Positions 10,203 through 20,349 of a stretch of DNA of 64,000 bases are shown here, one piece after another; position 1 is the stretch's first letter, and every line of letters begins with the position of its first letter. The stretch lies in IMG/VR virus record IMGVR_UViG_3300044613_003178, one strand, 5' to 3'. The notes below the pieces were generated by a model. It did no database searches. It had not been told where the DNA came from and saw only the letters and a program-made list of their open reading frames with translations. Origin of the DNA: a virus. Made by a program: the position numbers and the translations under genes.

Positions 10203-12488
10203 TCAGAGTCCTATTATTATTTTAAATTCTTCCATTTGATCATCACCACGAACAACTGGTCTTATATTTTCTATGTATAACATTTTACCAGAATACCTAG
10301 AAACTTCTGGTAACTTGATATCGTAAATTCCAACATTAAAATCTTTATAAGTTGATGTATATGAACCACCTACCAATTTCAATATTCTTTGTCCTGATGT
10401 TGGGGTTGGATCAAAAGCACCATCAACTCCAGTCAGTAACAAAGTACCAGTGGTTTTATCATCTGAAAGTTTCCATGAAACTACAATACCAGTAGCACCA
10501 GATGTCTCTTGTTTTATAATATCATCTTCTGAAAAATCTGTTTCTGAAAAAGTATCTGTTATTGGATTGTTTACAGATCTTAATGTTAAAGCAGTTGTGG
10601 TTCTATAACTGGTTTTACCCTCTGTTAATCCTGCTTTTGAAATATTCTTAATAATACCAACTTTATTCTCATTAAATCCTGAAATACCAGATGTCATATT
10701 CACAGCAGAGAATGCTATTATTCTTTCTCCATTTATTAAATCTCCAGAATCATTATAATATGATTCATCAAAAGAACCATTTACATCTGTTACAACTAAT
10801 TTACCGTCAGTGCCAAAGAAAGTAGGTTTCCAATCAACTACAGTACCTGTTGTTTTTGAATCTTCTCCTAAAATAGTATCATCCAATTTGAATGTTAAAT
10901 CACTATAATAATTTAAAGGAGCACAATTTAAAACATTCACTGATGTATAATATGTGTCGGTTCCTGTTGTTGGATAATCCTCTATTACTAGTGGATATAC
11001 TGTAGATGATGGATAATTCATAAATTTACCATTTACAGTTTTTAGTATTAATGTTTCGGTTGTAGAATCAAAACTTAAATAAGTTCCTTGTGCTTGACTG
11101 ATGTTGTCATCGGATCCTTGTTTTACTATTAAGTTGGGATTGCTCTGTAAAACACTTACAAATGTTGAATAATTTCCACCCAATGTCAATGCTGTTGTTG
11201 CATTTAAATTTTCAATATCAAGAGTATATTTTTGTTTTGGGGTGATTTCATTTAATAATTCTATATCTTGTATCAAACCAACTTGTCTATAATCATTGTA
11301 AAAATTATTGTCTTGAATTTCTTCTTTATCAAAATATGATTTTATCATTAAATCTTTACAACCTAATTCAATAATAGAAGAATAACCATGACCATTAACT
11401 GGTGCTAATATTGCTCTTGCTTTTGTTAAATCAATATCATTAGTTCGTTTTGATTTTATTTCTACAATTGCTTTTCGATAATTTTCACCACCATTTAAGA
11501 TGGTTACACTTTCTATCATTTTTGTCAAAGGATTTAAAATTGGAATTGCAACTGCATTTCTACCGTCACCTATTATTTCTATTCTTGGTAAAATTTTATA
11601 ATATGAATCAGTTGTTATTTGTTCAGTAAATGCTTCACTAACAGTTGCAATACAAGATTCACCATTATATGCTGTTATTTTTCTAACTTGACCTGAACCA
11701 GTTCCAGAATAAATATAAACAACATAATCATTTTTATAAATATCATTAATTCTACTTATATCGGACAATGGGTTTAGTTTTATAGTAAAACTACCAACAT
11801 TAACAGTTTCTTGTACAACATGAAAAATTTGAGCTTCGGGATTTGTTACATAGTCAATAGCGAATGGATATGATGCACCAGTTTGAGTTACTTGTATCGA
11901 AGTGATTGCACCATTTTTATTTTGTTTTGCATCTTGTTGAACTGTTAATTGCAGAGATCGTTGATCGGTGTAAAATAGTTCGTCTAGCAATTCTACAGGA
12001 ATATATTCCTCCGTTATAAAATCTTCTAATTCTGGTCTAACAGAATACATATATTTCCAAATATAACCATCTTGGGTTATTATGTCATCAGTACTAGTTC
12101 CTGATGGTTCATATTGAGAGAACGAACCATTATTATTTGAAATACATTTATAAACATTTTTACCAGAAGTATAAACATAAAAATCATAATTATTTGTTTC
12201 GGAATACAATTCAATCACATCATCATATTGTGAAAAAACTTTATTATATTCCCAATTAATTCTTCTTATTACAAATGCAACATCATCAGAATTCAATGAC
12301 TTGCAAAGTAGCATGTTTCTCCATGCCTCTAGTTCTTCATTGAGAGAATCGTCTGCTGTTGGGGGAAGAGTTTCGTTATCCCATTCAGTAACTTTACCAA
12401 TAAAGAGATAATTTTTTATATTTGAAAATGCGGAAAATTTGTCATAAAAAGACTGTATTAATGAATTTTTTAAGTTGGTTTTTAGCAT
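10203..12488 (-). CDS. gp8: Baseplate wedge subunit gp8-like (extended)
   Basis: YLFIGK..W, RRINW, VYKCISNN, DGYIWKYMY, NDYRQVGLI and C-terminal YSGKMLYIENIRPVVR..DQMEEFKIII. Confidence 0.85.
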   Translation of the reverse strand: MLKTNLKNSLIQSFYDKFSAFSNIKNYLFIGKVTEWDNETLPPTADDSLNEELEAWRNMLLCKSLNSDDVAFVIRRINWEYNKVFSQYDDVIELYSETNNYDFYVYTSGKNVYKCISNNNGSFSQYEPSGTSTDDIITQDGYIWKYMYSVRPELEDFITEEYIPVELLDELFYTDQRSLQLTVQQDAKQNKNGAITSIQVTQTGASYPFAIDYVTNPEAQIFHVVQETVNVGSFTIKLNPLSDISRINDIYKNDYVVYIYSGTGSGQVRKITAYNGESCIATVSEAFTEQITTDSYYKILPRIEIIGDGRNAVAIPILNPLTKMIESVTILNGGENYRKAIVEIKSKRTNDIDLTKARAILAPVNGHGYSSIIELGCKDLMIKSYFDKEEIQDNNFYNDYRQVGLIQDIELLNEITPKQKYTLDIENLNATTALTLGGNYSTFVSVLQSNPNLIVKQGSDDNISQAQGTYLSFDSTTETLILKTVNGKFMNYPSSTVYPLVIEDYPTTGTDTYYTSVNVLNCAPLNYYSDLTFKLDDTILGEDSKTTGTVVDWKPTFFGTDGKLVVTDVNGSFDESYYNDSGDLINGERIIAFSAVNMTSGISGFNENKVGIIKNISKAGLTEGKTSYRTTTALTLRSVNNPITDTFSETDFSEDDIIKQETSGATGIVVSWKLSDDKTTGTLLLTGVDGAFDPTPTSGQRILKLVGGSYTSTYKDFNVGIYDIKLPEVSRYSGKMLYIENIRPVVRGDDQMEEFKIIIGL

Positions 12489-12489
12489 T

Positions 12490-14334
12490 TTAGTTAGTAC
12501 TTTGTGTTAAATCTGTTATTGGTATTTTTAAGAAATCTCTTATTACTATTTCTCCAACTGCGTTATCAGAATTATTTAGTAGTGTATTTGGATTTGGAAA
12601 AACAATCCAATACTCATTTATTTGATTTTTATCTGATACATCTGGTTTATAAATAAAAACCAAATCATTAACACCGGAATTTTTTCTTTCAATCCCTGCT
12701 AAATGTTCTTGTGTTGCTTCATCCTCATCAGGAATGGTTTGATTTGGATTAAATCCAGAAGGATACAAATCTGTCATACCCGATGGATAAAGAATAGGAT
12801 CGGCATTCGGATAAGAATCATTTCTTAAATTTTTTATAGTATTGAATGTATATGGTAGGTAATTACCTATAAATCCTTGATAATATAAATTTGTAGTTGT
12901 TGAACTACTTACATCGATCTGTTCATCTCTTTTAACAAGGTAACTACCAAATAACCCAACACCTGCTGGATGTACCAACCTCTTGACTATATCGGCATAA
13001 TTTATTATATTTTCTTCAACCTTTAACACATAAGAAAGTTCTTGGTACTTTCTATTATCGTGTAATTTGCCTCTAGAGGAGGGAGAAGATGATATTGTCT
13101 TATAATATCCAGGATATCTTGTCATGACTCCTATTTCATAAGTTCCTGATATTGGTGTGTAAGAGCCATTTTGATTTTTTTTGTGAAGTAAATGTGTACC
13201 TGAATAATTATAACCAGAATCAATTATTTGTAATCTTTTTACTTTACCTTTAAAATCTACTTCTTGTATTACTGCATAAAAACCAGTTCCACTTATAGAA
13301 TCTGTGGAGTCGAGCAAATAAACAGGATCACCAACTCGTAAAGCTTTACTTGTTATATCAACACTAGTAACAACTGGTAAAAGATCCATTGATACTTGTT
13401 TTCTCTTACCATCAATTAGCATATCACTATAAACTTGTTTATCTCCATCAAATTCACCAACAACATTTGCTACAAAAAGTTCAATTAAATCCATATTTGT
13501 TACTCTTTGTACACTAACTTCTACAACTCTTGCGGAAGCAGTTATATTTCCGCTGGCATCTAATTGATATATTAAAGAGTTTTTTAGTAAAAATGCAGTC
13601 TTTAATTCTATATTTTTTACTTTCATACCAACATTCTCTACCCACAAATTACCCGAACCCTTTATCAAATCGGTTCGTGGATAATAAAAATCAACATAAG
13701 TGTTATACAGTAATCTAAATAAAAATCTAAAGGACTTTTCAGAACCTTTAGATCTGTAAAATTGTTTTATATTTTTAATTATTGTTTTTATATTTTTATC
13801 ACCAGATGTCAATATATTATCTGGAAAATCGTTTAAATATTGTATTCTAAAATTTGATAAGAAAACTTCTGGAGTGGTATCTACATCAGCAAATTGTTCA
13901 GATGTGAATGGTGCAAAAATTGGATTATTAGATTTGTGTAGCCATTCGTAATATGCTTCTATAAATCTTGAAAATGTTTTATAATCTTCTTGTATAAATT
14001 GTGGTAGTTTTGTTTTAGCAAATGACCATGTTGGATTTTTTGATTCAAATTTTTCAGTAACTACATTAAATTTTACAGAGAAATCCGTTTCATCTATTTT
14101 TATGTTATTTTTATTTAATAGATATCCTTTTATTTCATATGTACCAGATTTGAGAGAATCAAAAGTGTATTCATTGCTTACAGTAGTTGTTATTTCTTCG
14201 GTATCATTTACTATGAAAACAATTTTACTGAGTTTATATTTTTCTAAATTGTTTAAAACTTTATAACGAAATTTTAATTCGTCACTATAAACAGTTGAAT
14301 CTTGTTGAGGATATATGATTTCTACTTGTAACAT
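12490..14334 (-). CDS. Baseplate wedge protein (gp7-like)
   Basis: LPQFIQEDY..F..FIEAYYEWL, IKNIKQFYRSKGSEKSFRFLFRLLY, YQELSYVLK, VKRLVHPAG; lies between gp6 and gp8. Confidence 0.75.
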   Translation of the reverse strand: MLQVEIIYPQQDSTVYSDELKFRYKVLNNLEKYKLSKIVFIVNDTEEITTTVSNEYTFDSLKSGTYEIKGYLLNKNNIKIDETDFSVKFNVVTEKFESKNPTWSFAKTKLPQFIQEDYKTFSRFIEAYYEWLHKSNNPIFAPFTSEQFADVDTTPEVFLSNFRIQYLNDFPDNILTSGDKNIKTIIKNIKQFYRSKGSEKSFRFLFRLLYNTYVDFYYPRTDLIKGSGNLWVENVGMKVKNIELKTAFLLKNSLIYQLDASGNITASARVVEVSVQRVTNMDLIELFVANVVGEFDGDKQVYSDMLIDGKRKQVSMDLLPVVTSVDITSKALRVGDPVYLLDSTDSISGTGFYAVIQEVDFKGKVKRLQIIDSGYNYSGTHLLHKKNQNGSYTPISGTYEIGVMTRYPGYYKTISSSPSSRGKLHDNRKYQELSYVLKVEENIINYADIVKRLVHPAGVGLFGSYLVKRDEQIDVSSSTTTNLYYQGFIGNYLPYTFNTIKNLRNDSYPNADPILYPSGMTDLYPSGFNPNQTIPDEDEATQEHLAGIERKNSGVNDLVFIYKPDVSDKNQINEYWIVFPNPNTLLNNSDNAVGEIVIRDFLKIPITDLTQSTN

Positions 14335-14336
14335 GT

Positions 14337-16238
14337 TTAACCAGATGTGTAATTAGAACTATTTCTAGTAGAATAAGATGCGTTGTTTAATGAGTTTTTG
14401 TAAACTGGCAGTAAGGTTATTGAAACATTTCTATTAATGGATGTATCAAAAGATAATATCGTGTCATAATCGGTAAATACATCTGCATCATTTGGTGTTG
14501 CAATGAAGTAAATATAGTTTTGTGCGTTAACGAATGATGAAACTGTTAAATCTGTTAGTGTTATTATTCCAGTTTTGTAATCAACTTTTCCTGCTTTATT
14601 GTTTATGTAAATTTTGTTGTTTTTATTATCTGTTGTATAAATTCTCATGTTTCCATCACCATCATCATCAAAATAACATATTTTTTCCACTAATGCTGAA
14701 TTTTGTATTACATACATCTTAAAGTATGAACTTTCGACAACTGGAACATCATAACATGCTCTTGGGTGATATAATTCATTTCCAAAATCAATTGTATGTG
14801 TAATTTTCTTTGTTAATTCTGGGTATATTCTTTTTTCCATAGTTACGCTTGTAGAAGCACCAACTATGCTTGGATGAAATTTTAATAGTTCTGGAATTAA
14901 ATCAGATGAATAATAATCATCATCAAATCCTTTAAAATTCTGTACAGCGTATTCTCTTATCTTAGTATTAATAACTTCTTTGATTTTTGTTTCAGAATCT
15001 CTTGTTGATGTTGGATCATATTTTGCATTAACTAAAAGATTTAAGTACAGGATATCTGGATCTAAAATTTCTAAAGTAATACCAGCCATAGATCTATTTC
15101 TTAGGATAGAATCTACTATTTGCTTCTTTTCTTGTATTGATAGTACGGAACTATTATATGGTTTTATTGAGGCAAAAACTTTTCCATATTGTGGTGGATT
15201 ATTTTGTTCACCACCCCAACATCGAATAGATTCAATATTGTTGTAATTTTTAAGAATCAAACTCTCGTAATCACTTGCAGTAACTGCTCTTTCTTCATTT
15301 GAATAGTTTTTTAGAGCATTTCTTCTTATGCTTTCAATATCTTCTTTATCAGAACCGCCACTGGATGGTTGAACTGTTTCTATTTCATATCCAGATAAAC
15401 TAAACGATGAAAAACTCACTGAATCTGAAGAACCTATATTATTTCCAGCACTTCCGGAAGAAACTAAAAATTCAAAGATTACTAAATTTCCTTGTTCTAA
15501 CTTCTTACCAAATACACCATCACCAAATGTTGCTTCATATGTTCCAGATGGAGATTCTTCAATAAAGAAAACTCTAGAATCTTTATTCACCATTGTTATA
15601 TCTGTAGCCAATTTCCATTCTTGTTCGATACCTTCTTGATTTGTAAATGATTGCAAAACAAATGCTCTTATTGTGGAGAGATCTACACCATCATATGGTA
15701 TCGAAATTTTTTGATTTGGATCTGCTATTATGGATGTGAATGTTGTATATGTACCTTGAATTAATGGAACATCGACTATTCCGTATTTGGTTGTTTCGCC
15801 TGTTGTGTCATCAAATTCTATTGGATCAAATGAATATGATTTTGTTGTTACGAATGTAAAGGTATTATTGTTGGAGTCTGTTGCGGTTAGTTGAGTATTT
15901 CTCGTAATTATATCATTTGTATAATTTTCTGGACTCAATTTTATGTTGATTACTGCTGTTGCTGCCTTTGTTGATTTTGGAACATAACCTAAATTTTTTG
16001 CTAGTGAAACAACAGATGATCTTTTTCCTGCTGTATCAATAAATGTTTCATTTACAACCATATTATTATAAAATGCATTATAATATGTGTTATATGCTAG
16101 TAAATCCATGAGAACATTAAAGGCAGAACCTTCAAACGAATAACCAGAAAATTCTGATTGTTTGTTTAAAAAGTCAATCAAATTTGATTTGATTGATACG
16201 AAATCTAAATTAGAAATATCGCCTCTTTTTTGTTCCAT
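14337..16238 (-). CDS. gp6: Baseplate wedge subunit gp6
   Basis: LDFVSIKSNL..FL..QSEFSGYSFEGS, LLAYNTYYNAFY, FGDGVFGKKL, RAVTASDY, WGGEQNNPPQYGKVF. Confidence 0.93.
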   Translation of the reverse strand: MEQKRGDISNLDFVSIKSNLIDFLNKQSEFSGYSFEGSAFNVLMDLLAYNTYYNAFYNNMVVNETFIDTAGKRSSVVSLAKNLGYVPKSTKAATAVINIKLSPENYTNDIITRNTQLTATDSNNNTFTFVTTKSYSFDPIEFDDTTGETTKYGIVDVPLIQGTYTTFTSIIADPNQKISIPYDGVDLSTIRAFVLQSFTNQEGIEQEWKLATDITMVNKDSRVFFIEESPSGTYEATFGDGVFGKKLEQGNLVIFEFLVSSGSAGNNIGSSDSVSFSSFSLSGYEIETVQPSSGGSDKEDIESIRRNALKNYSNEERAVTASDYESLILKNYNNIESIRCWGGEQNNPPQYGKVFASIKPYNSSVLSIQEKKQIVDSILRNRSMAGITLEILDPDILYLNLLVNAKYDPTSTRDSETKIKEVINTKIREYAVQNFKGFDDDYYSSDLIPELLKFHPSIVGASTSVTMEKRIYPELTKKITHTIDFGNELYHPRACYDVPVVESSYFKMYVIQNSALVEKICYFDDDGDGNMRIYTTDNKNNKIYINNKAGKVDYKTGIITLTDLTVSSFVNAQNYIYFIATPNDADVFTDYDTILSFDTSINRNVSITLLPVYKNSLNNASYSTRNSSNYTSG

Positions 16239-16239
16239 T

Positions 16240-16614
16240 TTATCTTGTTCTCTCTATTGAGAAACTTAAAGTTTCTTCTTTATTTCCCGTAAAATAATAT
16301 TCTACTGTAATATCTATTGAATTTTGATCAGGAGTAGCAGCAACTAATACACTTTTTAAAGATACTCTTGGTTCATATTTTTTTATAATTCTCATGATAT
16401 TATTTTTTAATTCAATGTCTCCATCTATTAGGTAATTTTCAAATAAAAATCCTCTAATATTTGCATTTAAATCCGTATTAAATGGTTTTTCATATAAACT
16501 TAACAAAAGAAGAGTTCTTAGAGATTGCTTAAGAGCATCTCCATCGGTTTTTTTATTTAAATCCCCAGTTATTGGATTTATATTAAAGTTTAAATCTATG
16601 TCTTTTGCTATCAT
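16240..16614 (-). CDS. gp25: Baseplate wedge subunit gp25
   Basis: DIDLNF..NPITGDL, EKPF, KKYEPRV; adjacent to gp6. Confidence 0.9.
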   Translation of the reverse strand: MIAKDIDLNFNINPITGDLNKKTDGDALKQSLRTLLLLSLYEKPFNTDLNANIRGFLFENYLIDGDIELKNNIMRIIKKYEPRVSLKSVLVAATPDQNSIDITVEYYFTGNKEETLSFSIERTR

Positions 16615-16620
16615 TTTAAA

Positions 16621-16628
16621 TATGTATA
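16621..16628 (-). promoter_or_regulatory. Putative late promoter variant TATACATA
   Basis: Occupies the short gap just upstream of gp25; the same octamer recurs at 57021 and 60481. Confidence 0.45.
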
Positions 16629-16638
16629 TTTCTTTTTA

Positions 16639-16926
16639 TTAATTTATAAAAACATTTGATGAACCGGATATTGGGTGTAAGCAAGTTGCTGGATCTCCTT
16701 GTCTTACTGCATTTTTATTATTTGCAAAAACATTTGGAGAAGCCACTATTAAACTAGCACTACAGTGCTCTTGACAGCCACAACCAACACCACAACAGCA
16801 GGGGGGATGTGGTGTAACCCTATCGCCTCTTTGTGCTATCATAATATTATTAACAAAAACATTACTAGAACCCAATGCTATCCCACCACCAACTCTATCT
16901 ACGAATTTTCTAGCAGCACCCGGCAT
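16639..16926 (-). CDS. PAAR-repeat spike tip protein (gp5.4-like)
   Basis: GSSNVFVN, AQRGD, AVRQGDPATCLH, GSSNVFIN; directly downstream of gp5. Confidence 0.9.
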   Translation of the reverse strand: MPGAARKFVDRVGGGIALGSSNVFVNNIMIAQRGDRVTPHPPCCCGVGCGCQEHCSASLIVASPNVFANNKNAVRQGDPATCLHPISGSSNVFIN

Positions 16927-18947
16927 TAACCACCTCCTGGTGCGTTAGCAACACCTATAGAGAAGTCTTCCGTACACAGTGCAAGAGATATACCACAGTT
17001 GCTTGGTCTACCACCAAGACCATTGAATATACTTGCTATTGCGTCTATTACGCTACCGATACCATCAACTATTCCACCTATGAAGTTACCAGCAGCGTCA
17101 AATACTTGACCAATTACATCTGCTATTGTCGATAATACTTCTGTTATTGCTTTTGTTGCAGCGTCTATAATCGTTCCTATAGCGTCCATAACCGATCCTA
17201 TAGCGTCCATTACTGCACCAATAGCATCTGACACTATTTTCCCAACAAAGTCTAAAGCACCGCCAATAGCGTCAATGATACCACATGCAATATCTGTTAT
17301 GGTGCTAAAAATATCACCAACAAATCCTACAACACCACCAAGACCCTCTTTTAGTCCTGTCAAGAAATCACCACCACTTCCAAATTTACTTAAACTATCA
17401 GCAGATCCCGGAACTAATGAACCTGAAACATTAGAAACATCATCAACAACTCCACCCATTCCACCAAGAACACCGTTTACATTTCCCGCAGTTCCTGATA
17501 CATTATTTGTTAATGATGCAGTGGAACTAGCAACAGAACTTAATTTACTAGGATCTGTTCCTGCGGTATTTAATTGCTCTCTAAGTCCACTGAGTTGATT
17601 TGTAGATTGACCTAATTGTTCTTTTGATATATTCAGCGTGTTTAATTGGTTATTCAATTTTGAAGTAGATTCATTTAAAATTGACGCTGGCGATTTTCCA
17701 TTTTCTGTTTTATTCCATTTACCCATTTCACCCGGTTTATAAAGAAATTGGTTTGTTGGTAAAGTTGCAGATTGTGCACTTCTTGCTCTTGTTGCTGCAG
17801 TTGCTTTTGGTGCTTTTGGACCGTTTAAATGTATTACACTGCCTGTTTGTAGTAAAGCACCAGAAGCATTAAGCCCCATTACAGCACCAGATGATAACTT
17901 CATAACACCGCTACTTAATATATCTACTGTTGAATTGCTGTTAATCTTTAATTGAGATGCAGAAAATATATCCATACCCGCACTAGTTGTAATTTTTCCA
18001 GATGTACCTACAACCACATCCATAGATGAATCAGTTGTTAATCTTAATGCGTTTCCGAAAGAACCATCAAATGTACCACTAGTTGAAACTGATATATTAC
18101 CATCTGTAAAAATATCAAAGTTACCAGGTGCTACTTTTATTTTTTTATCACCATCTACGGATAGTTCATCATGTTCTGTTATAAATTCTCTTCTGCCCTT
18201 TTCAACCTTTAGATGTGATTCTCCATGAACTAATTTATGATCATTCAGACCAACTTCTACTCTTCTATCTCCATTTTCTATTAGAGTTTCTGAATAACCA
18301 TCAGTAACATGTAAATTATCAAATTTACCATCTATTCTGGTGTCTCGACTGCCTCCTATTTCATTCACTAAATCTTTTCCAACAACCACATGCATATGAC
18401 CTGTTACTTCTAAATTATAATCACCATTTACATTGTGATTGAAGTTGCCATCCTTTTGGGTTAGATTGATATCACCATCTTGTAAAAGAATATTTGCATC
18501 GCCACTTTCTAGTTTTAGGTTGCAATTTCCCTTTTTTAGAATTAAATTGACATTTGAATTTTCACCAACTTCAATATCAAAATTTACATTCTTTGAGGGG
18601 GTACTCTCTGTGTTTTCGGCATTAACTACAATTTTTAAAGCTTTATCTATAGTAACATTACAGAAGCCATCAATATGAACATAATCATCTCTTAAAATAC
18701 TTGTATATCTGTCTCGAACTACCTTAACATTTTTGTCACCATTTGGATGGAATTCTTCAAAAGTACCGGAACGGTGAAATATGTTCAGTCTTTCAGAACC
18801 AGGAGTATCATCAACTTCTATAACATGCCCAGATTCAGATTCATACACCTTATTATAAGGATACATCTCCTCTACGGGTTCTCCCTTTACCTTACCGTAT
18901 GGTGTCTCTGGTTCGTTCCAATTACCTTGTGTTTCTGTTACTGACAT
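16926..18947 (-). CDS. gp5: gp5 C-terminal part (beta-helix spike) with long amphipathic helical extension
   Basis: WNEPETPY..YPYNKVYESESGHVIEVDDTPGSERLNIFHRSGTFEEFHPNG followed by beta-helix-like repeats ending at GSVIHLN. Confidence 0.85.
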   Translation of the reverse strand: MSVTETQGNWNEPETPYGKVKGEPVEEMYPYNKVYESESGHVIEVDDTPGSERLNIFHRSGTFEEFHPNGDKNVKVVRDRYTSILRDDYVHIDGFCNVTIDKALKIVVNAENTESTPSKNVNFDIEVGENSNVNLILKKGNCNLKLESGDANILLQDGDINLTQKDGNFNHNVNGDYNLEVTGHMHVVVGKDLVNEIGGSRDTRIDGKFDNLHVTDGYSETLIENGDRRVEVGLNDHKLVHGESHLKVEKGRREFITEHDELSVDGDKKIKVAPGNFDIFTDGNISVSTSGTFDGSFGNALRLTTDSSMDVVVGTSGKITTSAGMDIFSASQLKINSNSTVDILSSGVMKLSSGAVMGLNASGALLQTGSVIHLNGPKAPKATAATRARSAQSATLPTNQFLYKPGEMGKWNKTENGKSPASILNESTSKLNNQLNTLNISKEQLGQSTNQLSGLREQLNTAGTDPSKLSSVASSTASLTNNVSGTAGNVNGVLGGMGGVVDDVSNVSGSLVPGSADSLSKFGSGGDFLTGLKEGLGGVVGFVGDIFSTITDIACGIIDAIGGALDFVGKIVSDAIGAVMDAIGSVMDAIGTIIDAATKAITEVLSTIADVIGQVFDAAGNFIGGIVDGIGSVIDAIASIFNGLGGRPSNCGISLALCTEDFSIGVANAPGGG

Positions 18948-18963
18948 TGTTTATTTCTCTAAT

Positions 18964-20349
18964 TTATTTATTAAGTTTATCACAATCATTACAACCACAA
19001 TCACCACATTCATTATCTCTATCTGGATTATTTGCATCTGATTGATTTGTTATCTTCTTGGTAGCATCTACTACTGGAACTTTAACACCATTTAAGAGAA
19101 TATTTCCAAAATTATCTCTGGTTATAGCCATTCCGTTTATGCTTGTTTGATTTCCAAATCCACCACTAAGATCATTAGAACCAACTTGTTCTACTGGTGT
19201 CGTAGTGGTTTGCTTTTGATCTCCAAGTTTGTTATTATTTGCATCTTGTACATCATTTGGTGAAGTACTTGAACCTGTTGTTGTTGGTACATATGAACCA
19301 AAATCTCTAGATCTATTAACAAATCCGGTTGATGTTGTTTGTCTACCACCAGATGCTGTTGTGCTCAATGTTGTTCTTGCTTTTTGCTCTACATCATTTT
19401 TAATCTGTTGAGTTCCATTTCTGATATTATCCATGTTACTCTTATAGCAACCTGCAGCAGCAGAAATTGATACTGGTAAGAAATTATCAACTCCTACCCC
19501 ACCAGCACCGGAAGAATATACAGTTTTACCATTTGCATTTGTTGGTTGATCTTTGAATTGTTTATAATTTTGTTTTAATGACGGTTTTGATGAAGATTTC
19601 AATCCATTATAACCAGTTGCTAATGATTTATTTGTTCCTTTATTTGCTCCACTATTGTTTATAACTCCAGTTTCAAATGGTTCAAAATTTACATCTGCAA
19701 CGGGAACTGCTGTATCTCTAGTTCCTCCAGAATTTCTATCTGAATTTTTTACACCAACAGATGTTTGATCTAATCTATCATTATCATTAATACCTAATAT
19801 ATTTGTGTCTGGTGTTCCATCTGGATTATTGGTTGCAGTTGGTGAATAATTTGATTTTGGGTATGATGAATTTTTACTTGAAGTTTCTAATTGAGCACCA
19901 TGTTTATCACCATCTTTACCCTTGCCATTTGGATATTCTCTTTTTTCAAATCTATCATTTGGTGCTTTGCTTCTTTCTGATTCAGTTCTTAGATCAGCAA
20001 ATGCATTTCCAAAATATTCACCAAGTGTATTGATACTCTTGGAATTTAATCCTGCAATTGATCCGAGAATCATTGGTATTTGATATGAACCGGGATCTGC
20101 AAAAAACCCAAATACCCAAGTTCCTTCCACAAGACCAAGAGGAGTCCAACCCTTACCACTAACTGCTGCAGAAGTTACTCCTTGTATTGGTGTTGCCCAA
20201 GGTAATTTTGTTGTAGGTAGAACATTTTTATCATCATCATGATAACCCAGTATTCGTACTTTAACTCTTCCAATTTTTAATGGATCTTTTCTATCTTCAA
20301 CTACGCCGAAGAACCATGCAAAGCCATCTTTACCTAAAAATCCACTCAT
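18964..20349 (-). CDS. gp5: gp5 N-terminal OB-fold part (no lysozyme domain recognised)
   Basis: FAWFFGVVEDRKDPLKIGRVKVRILGYH..LPWA..GLVEGTWVFGFFAD..QIPMILGSI. Confidence 0.88.
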   Translation of the reverse strand: MSGFLGKDGFAWFFGVVEDRKDPLKIGRVKVRILGYHDDDKNVLPTTKLPWATPIQGVTSAAVSGKGWTPLGLVEGTWVFGFFADPGSYQIPMILGSIAGLNSKSINTLGEYFGNAFADLRTESERSKAPNDRFEKREYPNGKGKDGDKHGAQLETSSKNSSYPKSNYSPTATNNPDGTPDTNILGINDNDRLDQTSVGVKNSDRNSGGTRDTAVPVADVNFEPFETGVINNSGANKGTNKSLATGYNGLKSSSKPSLKQNYKQFKDQPTNANGKTVYSSGAGGVGVDNFLPVSISAAAGCYKSNMDNIRNGTQQIKNDVEQKARTTLSTTASGGRQTTSTGFVNRSRDFGSYVPTTTGSSTSPNDVQDANNNKLGDQKQTTTTPVEQVGSNDLSGGFGNQTSINGMAITRDNFGNILLNGVKVPVVDATKKITNQSDANNPDRDNECGDCGCNDCDKLNK

